From an uncultured bacterium (GTDB lineage Bacteria > Poribacteria > WGA-4E > DTYX01 > CAZRLY01), in contig CAZRLY010000004.1 of NCBI GenBank assembly GCA_964601015.1, forward strand, positions 1 through 53,014: a stretch of DNA of 53,014 nucleotides, read 5' to 3'. The translations under genes and the position numbers were made by a program. The notes below the pieces were generated by a model. The model was not told the DNA's origin and did no database searches. It was given only the letters and a program-made list of their open reading frames with translations. Shown one piece after another: positions 23,301 through 35,300 of the stretch (position 1 is the stretch's first letter; every line of letters starts with the position of its first letter).

Positions 23301-26300
23301 AACTTTGAGACACCGCTGATTTTGCAGGGAATGTATTTGCTTACAGTTGACGCTTATGATAAGTTATACAATTTTGTCAAGATAGAATACGAATTGGAAT
23401 ATAGCATCAACGCGCCGACTTTGGCGTCAATGAACCCCCCTCACAAAAGTGTTACGAATACGCCTATCAGCAGTATCACAGTCCTCTTAGACGACAAGGG
23501 CGGAGAGGGCATTGATACTTCAGTATCTACAATCTCCGTACTTGGCCCAAACGCAGAGGGAACACAGCACATCCCTGCGGAACTACCACTTACCCCAGGA
23601 CTATTGGAGTGGGATTTCACCTTCCCGTTGGCGACGGACGGGACGCAGGACGGAAAATATACCGTCTCAATAGTTGCCGTCGATAAAAAGACGCGCGGCG
23701 TCCTTACATTAACGGACGACAACAGCCGTTACTTCATCTATGATACGCAACCTCCAGAGGTACTTTCTATCTTCGGTGAAACTGTAGAAATTAAAGGTGA
23801 ATTGAGGGATGGTTTGGTTATAAGTGACCGATTGTCGTACATCTCAGCCCACCTTAACGAAGGCGATGAATTTATCTTGAGCGAAGGTACGTCCCCGCTC
23901 AAGACAGAGACAACAGCGGGAATTGACCTGATGGCTTCTGACATCAAACTCACCGGCCCCTCAGGCGAGATAACAGCGCAAAAGAGTAACGATGGAAAAG
24001 AGACACTACGTCTCCAATTTCCCGCCCTCACGGACGACGGATTGTATACCGTTGAGGTTACGCCCGTGGATAAAGTTGGGAATACCACAGCATATCCAAC
24101 AAAAGTTACATACTTGTTGGATACCACGCCTCCTCAGTTAGTATCCACAGTGCCAGCGGATGGCGTAATAGCACCATCCGGACTAACAAGCGTAAAAGCA
24201 CTTGTGAGTGACGAAGGAAGCGGAGTTGATGGTAATAATTCGTCCATAAAACTGTTTGACGCTAATGGCGAATTGGTCGAAGGTGAAACTGTTTTATCAG
24301 GGGAATCTGAGTTGACCTATTATGTTTCCAGTTCGCCTTTATCCCAGGGCGAACATACCATCGAAGTTTATGTTGCTGATAAGAGTAAAAATCTATTAAA
24401 CGTCCCCCAAGCCAACTGCTCCACATATATCTCTAAGTTCTCCGTATCCACGCAAATATCACAATCGGTTATAGTAACGCCAACTGATAATGCAGCATTG
24501 CGAGAACCAATAGACGAAGTTACAGCAGTTTTCGCTGATGACGATGGTACTACAGTCTCTATTGATGTCGAAAATAGCTCTATCAACGTTGTAAAGGTGA
24601 CTGGTGAGCAATTACCAATCACCCTCTCTGGAGAACTGACTTATGATGTTAAATACAACAAGCTCGTATTTACATTTGATAGGCAGTTTGCAACCGATGG
24701 CAGCGATGACGGATACTACGAAATATTCATTTCCGTCGCTTCAACCGGTTTTGTCTTGGGCGACGGTATATACCCGCCCAAGACAGGGATTAAGGAGATA
24801 CAATATCAACCTACATCTTTCCGTTACGATACAACCGCTCCGTCCATCAATTTGGTTTATCCCGCAGAAGGGAGCATTGTCGTCAGTCAGATTGCACAAA
24901 TATCCGCCCTGTTAGAGGATGTTGCTATTGACTTGGGCAACTCCAGTATAAAACTAAAAGGCCCTTCCGGTTTTGTCATCGGTAATCAGGTAGATAACGG
25001 GGTTGATACGTTGATATATCGCCTATTTTCGCCACTTGCCATCAACGGAAGCGATGATGGCACATATACGGTACAGGTGGAGCCAAAGGATTTATTGGGC
25101 AACGGTTATCCAGTGCCTAAAGAGTTCAATTTCCTATACGATACGCAGCCGCCCACACTGATTAAAAGCGAGCCAGCAGCAAATACTACGGTACTCGTCC
25201 CCCTTGAAAAAATCTCGCTCACATTCTCAGACTTAACAGGTGTGGATGCGACGAAATCGAATATATCGCTCACCGGCCCTGGTGGACTGGTGCCTGGTAG
25301 CTTGGTGCCTGGTGATTGGTCAGCAATCAGCAATCACCAATACCCCATTACCTTTGTTTTCTCTGAGCCGTTGGACGCTAACAGCGAAGAGGATGACGGA
25401 GATTATACGGTCAATTTGCAACTAATAGACAAGGCAGGAAATAAACAGGAGACGAGTTTTACTTTTACCTATACGACAATATCGCCTGGTATCACAACGT
25501 TAGTCCCTAAGGCAAATACCTATGTAAATTCGCTCAAGGATATTACCGTATTGTTGTATGACAATAGCGGTACTGGGATTGATGTGACTCGCTCTACCAT
25601 AGGACTTGAAGGGCCAAATGGCGACGTTCCCGGTCAATTGACTACAGAGGGCATTGATACGCTCATTTTTACGCCGGACAACAACACAGGGTTGTCCCTA
25701 CGAGATGATGGAGAATATGTTATAACCATCGTAGCTTACGACAACGCTCATCACAGTGCACACTATCAGCGTATTTTTTACTATGATACACAACCGCCTG
25801 ACGTTGAAAGCCTTTCTCCCGCTAACGGGAGTGCTCTGAACTCCCCCTTCTCCGTTTCAGCGACTCTCAGCGACAACCTTTCGGGTGTAGATATTACTCT
25901 CTCCACCATCGAACTTAAAGGGCCGGGGGGAGAGTTAATTGGCGAACAAACGAGCGATGGTAAAAATACCCTTGTGTGCTCTTTCGCCCCATTCGCAACT
26001 GATGGCAGTTTTGTCTTGAGCGACGGTATACACCCGCTCAAGACAGAGACAGATGATGGCGTTTACACTATCAGCATTTTACCCGTTGACATCGCAGGGA
26101 ATAAACCCGCAGAACCGATAAGTGCAAGTTTCCACTACGATACTCAACCGCCGGAGGTTTCATCCACTTACCCATTAGCAGATAGTACCATAAGGGAAGT
26201 AATAAGCAGCGTATCTGTTGCCCTCACGGACGACGGCTCTGGATTAGATTTGGGGAATTCCACGATAAGTTTGACCGGGCCGAACGGTGCTGTTTTGGGC

Positions 26301-29300
26301 GAGTTATCGGACGATGGCATCAGCAAAGTATTCTTCAATTTTGAAACGCTACGTCATGACGGAAGCGACGACGGCGAATATAAAATCGGAGTAGTAGCGG
26401 TAGACAAGGCAGGAAATTCCGGTAGCGTCGTCCTCCGTCCCGACAAAGAAACCATAAGTTTTTTCTACTACTCTGACGCGCCGGAGTTGGTATCCACTAC
26501 GCCCAAAGCGGGAGAAGGATTGCAAACGCCTATCTATGAGGTATCCGCCACCCTAAAGGACGTAAGTGGAACGGGGTTGGATTTATCGCAAACCACCTTG
26601 AGATTGATTGGAGAAGACGGTATTCCCGTTAGCGGGGGACAAAGTGACAACGCCGTTCCAGGACAGATACAACACACTGCCACGGTTACATTCACTTTGC
26701 ATCATCCTTTTGCCACAGATGGCTCACAGGACGGAGAATATGTACTCCACATTGACGCTAAAGATAAACGTGGGAAGCAAGGGAACTATAAAGTACACTT
26801 CTTCTACGATACAATGGCACCTTCCGTTCTTTCCGTATTCCCCGAAGATAACGCTATTATAAACTCACCGTTCAGTGTCGTTGAGGGTAAGCTAACAGAT
26901 GAACACGCCCAAGTTGACCTATTTAGCTCTACCATAAGGCTAATTGGTCCAAACGGTGAGGTTAAAGGCATTGGCAAGAACGACGGAGAGGATACGATAA
27001 AACTTTCTTTTTCGCTTCTTTTGACCGATGGCAGCGATGATGGAGAATATACGCTCAGTATAATGCCAGTTGACTTGCTGGGTAATACCCTTGCAACTCC
27101 CCTCACATATACATTCCTATACGATACTATGCCACCGGTTGTCGTAGAGACGATACCAGCAAAGGACGAAATCATCGCAGGCAGTGCCGTATCGGGATTC
27201 AACATACGTGTGACGCTGGACGACGGCGATGGCTCCGGCGTAGACGCTGACTGGCGGGACGGAGAGCCGCTGCTACGAATAACCGACGACGAAGGAAGGG
27301 AAATCAGCGGCGAACAATATTTTGTCTCTCACGACGGTATACACCCGTTCGAGACAGAGACAACCGCAGTCCCCCATCTGAAAGGGACATTAATGGATTT
27401 AGTCCTTCCGCTTTCCGATTTATCCCTTCCGCCTTCCATAACAAGCAGTCGCTATTATATCCATGTTGTATGTGCAGATATAGCGGGAAATAAAGGTGAA
27501 GAGGTACGCATTCCATTCTCCTTTGACTACCAACCGCCGGTGCTGGTAAAAATGACGCCTGAAGCCGGCAAAATGGTAAATGGCATCATTGACGAAATAA
27601 ATATAGAAATTTCTGACGAAGGAAGCGGGGTAAACGCAGAAAATACCCTGATAACAGTCCTTTCCCCCGACGGCAATGAAATAATTGGAGAATACCCCAA
27701 CACCCCAACACCCCAGAACCCCATTACCTTCTCCTTCCGTCCAACTGTACCACTTAGCGTCAACGGTTGGTATACCATAACCATTGAAGCACAAGACTTT
27801 GCAAACAACAAGATAAACATTACCCCAAGTTTTTTCTACGACAGCATCCCGCCCCAAATTGACGAAGTTGTGGCGTTGCCTTCCTCTACGCTTATCACAG
27901 AAGGCGGAGTGATTGGAGGCACTATAAATAGCATCACAGCGGGCATTTCTGACGTAGGGAATGCACCCCTCACAGGTTCATCTGGTATTGATGTTAAAAA
28001 TACTAAGGTAGTTTTGCGGGAAAAGCTGGACGAAGAATCCATTGACGAGTGGAATACTGTACCTGGTGCCCTGAACAATAGCGACACCGCTACTATTTGG
28101 AACGTAAGTTCGACAGACGGACTGACGCAATCCGGGTTGTACAAAATAGAAATTTCAGTATTTGACCAGGCAGGAAACGCATCCAACAGGACTATTAATT
28201 TCCGTTATTCTGACACCCCATCGCAGATGCCGGAGCTCGTAGTCCTTACCCCCGCGCATTCTGCTCGTTTGAATAAACCGATAAGCGTTGTGACCGCGCA
28301 ACTTAAAGACAACAGCGGTAGTGGCATTGACTTTAGCAGTTCAACTATTGAAGTGAGTGGGGCTGGCATATCCCAAGCGGATACCATCTCCAATGACCAA
28401 ATTGATATTGTGTTGTGGCATTTTGCTTCGCCGTTAGCGACTGATGGCAGCGATGACGGCATATATCTGGTCAATATCAATGCGGTGGACAATGCAGGAA
28501 ATAGCAAAGTATTCCCCACCATAAAATTCACTTATGATACGCAAGCGCCTCAAGTGCAAGGCATGTATACACCCAAGACAGCAGACGCAGAAATAAGTGG
28601 TGTTGGGGGTATTGCTAAGAGTATCTCTGAGGTTTCAGCCATCTTAGCCGATGCAGGAGGTACGGGGATAGATGTGGAAAAATCAAACATTACCCTTGAG
28701 GACTCCGATGGGAAATTGATAGACGGAGAACACAACAACGGCGTGTTTGTCTCTCACGAGGGTATACACCCGCTCAAGACAGAGACAGTAGAGGAGGGAA
28801 GTTCCACCTTACTACTCCAGTATCGTTTCTCTCCTCTTAGAGCAGACGGCACCGATGACGGAATATATACAATCAAAATACTCTCCGCTGATGTATTGGG
28901 CAACACAACAGCTTTGCAATACCAGTTTAGATACGATACAAGCGCGCCCACAATAAAGAACGCTACCCCCAAACCTGCTGCCATAGTTGTCGCTTCCATC
29001 GGTAGCGTCCGTGTAGAACTTACCGATGGCGTTGGCGTTGACGTTGAAGAATCAACCATAACCGTAACCGGCCCGGAGGGGGCGGAAGTGGTGTTAGGGG
29101 CCAATAAAGAGTTTTTCTCGTCGCCAACACAAAATGGAGAAGACGCACTCATTTATGTATTTGCCCACCCTCTGAAAATGGACGGCTCCCATGATGGCAT
29201 CTATACTGTATCCGTATATGCAGTTGACCTATTGGGGAACTTCTTCAGATATAACTACGATTTCACCTATACTGCTACGGCACCTGCTTTAGTATCCATA

Positions 29301-32300
29301 ACCCCCAGGGATGAAGAGGAAATAAATGAACCCATAGATGAAATAGTTGCCATCCTCAACGATAGGAGCGGGAAGGGCATTGATGTGAACCGCACCAGTT
29401 TGAAGTTGTTTTCATCAGTTGGAGAGATTGAAGGTGTTGGCGGCATCTCTCCGGATGGAAGTTCTGTCTTTCTGCGACTTGATAGGAGTTTAGCCACAGA
29501 TGGCACGGATGAGGGGTTATATACCATTAAATTGGAAGCCGTTGATAATTCCGGCGCATCCGTCACTTACATCTCAACCTTCCTATACGATACTCGCCCG
29601 CCAGAAGTCATCAGTACAGTCCCCGATGAATCCTCCTATCTCGCTAAATCCCCCCTGCCCCCCTTTACCAAAGGGGGGGGGATTTCAGTTGTTAGCGCCC
29701 GTTTTAGAGACGATGGCGTGGGAATCAATCTACGGGATTCTGAGATAAATCTTGTGCAAGCTCCTACGGTACTCGTAGGAGAGAAAACCGATAACGGCGC
29801 GGATAGAATCAGCTTTAACTTCAGTCCTTTCGCAACTGATGGCAGCGACGACGGAGAGTATACCATACGGATTATCCCAGTTGATAGATTGGGAAATAAA
29901 CCGATTGTGCCCATAGAGAAAAAGTTTTTCTACGATACGACTCCACCGAACGTGGTAGAAGTAACTCCTATGGGGGATTCCACGCTTCTTTCGCCCATCA
30001 GCAGAGTTACTGTTATGCTTGAGGATACAGCCCCAGACTCAAGTCTGGGGGTAGGAGTAGATTTTACTTTGTCTTCGCTTTCACTCTCCGGACCAAATGG
30101 CAAAGTGAACGGAACAGCGGGTAAAGATAATGAAAACTCGCTCTGGCTGGATTTCCCTCCCTTGAAGTCAGATGGCAGCGCAGACGGGACTTATACGCTT
30201 GAAGTATTGCCCGTTGATATGCTCGGCAACGCACCAGTAAAGCCGATGGAATACCAGTTTACATACAATACTAAGGCGCCAATGCTCCTGAACATTTCCC
30301 CCGCAAACAACGCCCTGCTTAATACGCCCACAAGTCAGATATCCGCTGTCGTGGGCAAGGGTTTGGATTTGAACCGCTGTCGAATTTCCGTTGAGGGAGA
30401 GGGAGTTTCCCCATCTGATTTTTACTCCACGTTAGGGACGGATACGTTGGTTTACTCCTTTGCTGAAAGGTTTGCCACCGACGGTAGTGACGACGGAGAA
30501 TATATTGTAACAATTGTAGCGATGGGCAAGCCCCCTGTTTCTGCTACCTATACCACGCGTTTTACTTATGATACACAACCACCACTCGTAGAAGTAGGAA
30601 GTTTCTCGCTTTCTTACCTTTCGGATGGAGCAACAAAAACATTCCCAAACGAAATTAGCGTACAGTTAGCTGATGCTCACGCTGGAGTTGATTTTGTCTT
30701 GGGCGACGGTATACACCCGCCCAAGACAGAGATTGTGGAACGCTCAAGTTTGAAGTTATTTGGTCCGACAGGCGAGATTGCCGGAAGGAATACCAATAAC
30801 GGCGTGGATACTATCAAACTTGATTTTAGTAGCGATGTCCTTACAAATTTAAACGACGGAGTTTACACAATACAGGTAAAACCGGTTGATAAATTGGGCA
30901 ATAAAACTGCAACCCCCTACTCGTTTAGATTCCGATTGGATACGACACCACCCACGGTGGTTGGTGTTTGTCTTGAGCGAAGGTATACACCCGCTCAAGA
31001 CAGAGACAGTAGAGTAGTTAGTGGTGGATTGGTGACTGGTGACCAATCGCCAATTGTTATCACATCGCCGTTTGAACGGATTGAAGTATCCTTAAACGAC
31101 GAGGGCGTTGGTGTCGATGTTGAAAGTCTTAAGCTTCGTTTGCTCGGACCGGATGGTGTAATGGACGGAGATGTTCGGGAAGTAACACCCAAAGATGCGG
31201 AGGACGTTACGCTACAGTGGAACCTGACGACTCCATTGAAGGGCGATGGGAACGATGATGGAGAATATGCGATTGAGGTTGTAGCGGCGGATGCACTGGG
31301 CAATTCCGTCTTAACTACCATTGATATTGTGTATCTTACCACCGTCCCGGAGCTAATTTCCGTCAACGGGTATGTTTATCAGAATACGGAAAAACCTCTA
31401 TTTGCTACGCGTATCCCGCTTCAAAATGTTACTGTTATGTTCAAGGATAGAAGCGGAACGGGGATAGATTTTGATAAAAGCCGCTTAGAACTCCAGGGGC
31501 CGGGGGTTTCCGAGAGTGATAGAATTGATAACAACGGCACAAACGAGCTATCCTGGGTTTTCGCACATCCGCTCGCAACCGATGGCAGCGACGACGGCTT
31601 ATATATTTTGAACGTTACGGTGGCGGATAAATCGCCAAACTCAATAAACTATGCGCCTATCTCATTCCTCTGCGATACCACAGCGCCCACTGTGGAGCAT
31701 TGGAGCATTGGAGCATTGGAGCAATGGAGCAAAGAACTCCAGCGCCCAGACACTTTCATCATCGCATCGCCGTTTGATGAAATTGAGGTCATATTAGCGG
31801 ACAATGGCGTGGGAGTTGATGTGGAAAACTCTACGATAAAGTTGGTCGGGCCGAATGGGCCGGTTAAGGGAACGATGACAAACGACGGAGTGGATACCTT
31901 GCGATTGCGATTTGAACAGCGAAAGGATAACGGCTCAGATGACGGCGAATATGTCATACTGGTAAATCCAAAGGACAAACTGGGCAACGGGGCAACCATA
32001 GCGCTATCCGAAACCTTCCTCTACGATACCCAGCCGCCTAAATTATCGGATACCCACCCTGTGGAAGGGGAGACTATCACTACCCCGCTAAAGGAAATAT
32101 CTGTTGTCCTGATAGACAACCTATCCGGCGTTGATGTGGCGAATACCAGCATAAGCGTTACTGGGCCAAATGGGCCAGTGCTGGGCGACATTAGCTTTTT
32201 TGTCTTGAGCGAAGGTATACACCCGCTCAAGACAGAGACAGGCGAAGATGGGGACAGAGAACCACCCCTACAGTTCATTTTCAAAGAGGAATTAGCCTCC

Positions 32301-35300
32301 GACGGAACAGACGACGGCACATATACCATCATCGTCGTCCCTGTGGATAATGCAGGTAATGTGGCAGAGGGGATGAGGGGGATTGAGTTTACCTATACCA
32401 CAACATCGCCCCTGCTAATTTCGACTATACCAAAAGCTAATTCTAACTTGAATTCTGCTTTAACATACATCTCCGCTACTATAAAAGACCAAAGTGGTTC
32501 GGGGCTGGATTTAGATAATTCACGTATTTTGTTATCCGGTCAGAAGGGCATGGTAAGTGGTTCTTCCCAAAACGATGGAGATAACACGCTCCTATTCTAT
32601 CTGGACGCGCCGCTTTCAAACGATGGCAGCGATGACGGAGAATACGAAATGAGTATACTGGCGACGGACAAGACAGGGGCAAACGCTAACTTCGTTCGCA
32701 GGTTTTTATACGATACCACCGCGCCGGAGGTAAAATTGTTAATCCCGCCGGATACCAGCGCGTTCTCCACCCCGATATCCAAAATATCCGCTACGCTTGA
32801 AGATACAGGTTCGGGCGTGGACGTTGCAAATTCTACCATAGGACTTAAAGGGCCAAAGGGGGAAATAGTTGGGCAGAAAACCAACGATGGTGTCAGTGTT
32901 ATCTCTCTGGAATTTGGTAGTGGGACGGATGCGATGGATGATGGAATATACCAAATTCTCATTCTGCCGGTGGATAACGCTGGAAACTCCCCGCCGCAAA
33001 AGATTACCTCAAGTTTTATCTGCGATACCCGTCCGCCTGAAGTAGTCAAAGCTCACGCTGGTGCCGGCTCCATTGTCATATCCTTCCCGTTCAGTGGTGA
33101 AGGGACTCCGTCCCGTTCTGTGGAGGTGGCGATAGATAAAATAGAAGTTACATTGAGAGATGAACTTAGTGGCGTTGATGTGGATAACTCTACCTTGAGT
33201 TTAATTGGACCGCGTGGGAAGGTAGACGGAATTACAAAAATAAAAGTGGAAAGTGGAAATGGAAAAGGAGGAAGTACTATGATGGCGCCTTACTTTCCCC
33301 TTTCCACTTTCACCTTTGTCTTTGCCCCTCTCCCTCTTGACGGCACAGCAAACGGAGAATATAGAATAGAAGTAACCGCCGTGGATATGGCATCAAATGT
33401 GCTCGCTGACAGTTTCGTTGGTTCTTTCATCTACCAGCCTACTGCGCCGGAACTTCTGAGTACAACCCCATCAGATGGCTCCAAACTTTCGATGCCCATA
33501 AACACTATATCCGCCGTTCTGATTGACCGTAAGGGCAGTGCGCCTACCCAAAGCGGCATCAGCCTGCAAGGGACGCAAATGAGAGTGTTTTCACCGGGTG
33601 GGGACGAGTTGTCAGGCAAGTTGACAAAGGAAACAGTCGACGAAGGGAAAGCCGAACTAACCTTGCACTTGGAAAAACTTTTCGCTACCGATGGCTCAGA
33701 GGATGGGAGATATGGCATTTATATCACCACTGTGGATAACAGAGGCAATAGCGGTGAATACTCCCTCCAATTTACCTATGATACTACCGCGCCAAAAGTG
33801 GTGGGGACTGTCCCTGCCGACGACGCTATCTTAAATACGCCGCTATCAAATGTATCTGCGTCACTATCGGACGCATACGCTGGAATTGACTTAGTGGCCA
33901 GTAGTATCAGCCTTTACAAAGGAAAGTTGGGACAGAACCCAAATGAACCCGCCAGCGGGCCCATTTTATCAGTAGATGGAATTCAGAAAAATGACGGGGA
34001 TTCCATGATAAAATTGGATTTTCCCACGTTGTCAACCAACGGCAGTGATGACGGTATTTACATCATCGACATCATGCCCGTTGACATGCTAAAAAATACC
34101 CTCGTCTCTCCTGAACGGTATACGTTCATTTACGATACCACAGCGCCGCAACTCATCAAAACTGAGCCAGCGTCCGCAGTTGTCGTCACAGGCATCAGGT
34201 TATTCAAAGTCAGCGCATCCTTCCACGATGATGGCGGAATGGATGTTACAAGCTCGGAGATTATGCTCACCGGTCCAAATGGAAATACCATAACAGGGGA
34301 AATCTCCACGCCACCCGAAGTCTTGGCGAATTCGGCTACGGGCGACGTTACGATAACATTTTACTTTGATACATCCCTGAGCGTTGAGGGAGATGACGAT
34401 GGGGAATACCGAATCAATATCAAAGCCGTAGATATGGCGAACAACACTAAGGAATATACATCCACGTTCATTTACGAGAGCGGTTCAATTGACGCACCGA
34501 AGATAGAATACATCAGCGTCCAACCGTTGGCTTTCTCGCCAAACGCTGACGGCATACATGATACCACACAGATATCCTATCAACTCGACAGAGCGTCATC
34601 GGTGACAGCAGAAATTTTGGCTCCCCAGTCAGGGACTGGGGATACCCGCGAGATTGTAAGGTTGCTTGCAAATAAACAGATTCAGCCGCCTGGACGACAT
34701 ACGCTAACGTGGAATGGCGTTGGTTCCGTAGCGGCGCAGCTCCGTCCCGCCACTCAGTCCACGCCCATTTTCGCGCCTGACGGAGAATATGTTGTGCGGA
34801 TTGTAGCAACTGATATGACAAGCAACAAGACACAAACCCGTAAAACCCATGTCATCCTCGATACGCAACCGCCTGCTGTAGGCGTTCCTACCCTCTCCAG
34901 CAACCCGATTACGCCAAATGGAGACGGACTTGCGGATACCACTACCTTGAGTTTTTCCATATCCAATTCCAACCCGACGGACGGACTGAAGATAGATTTC
35001 TACGAATCCGATGGAGTTGCTAAATTGCCGTCCTCTGTGGTGATTCCGACATTTGTGGGCGATGGCATGTATTCGGTAACGTGGGACGGAACGGATGGAA
35101 TAAGTAACGTACCGCTACCGGATGGAGAGTACAGATTCGTAATCAAGGCGTTTGATGAGGCGGGAAACTCTCGCACACAATCCGGCGTCCTCTTACTTGA
35201 CAGTTCTCCTCCACAGATAAACATATTTTTTTCCGATATTAAAGTGGAATTGCGACGGGAACTTGAAGAAGAATTCAGGAGTTTATCCACCACATCAACG

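Noticed and set aside
20741-32238. Whether the recurring 40-nt palindromes form a CRISPR array
   Set aside because: Spacing is irregular, from 0.27 to 3.1 kb. One copy is inverted, all lie inside a continuous ORF, and there are no cas genes in the window.
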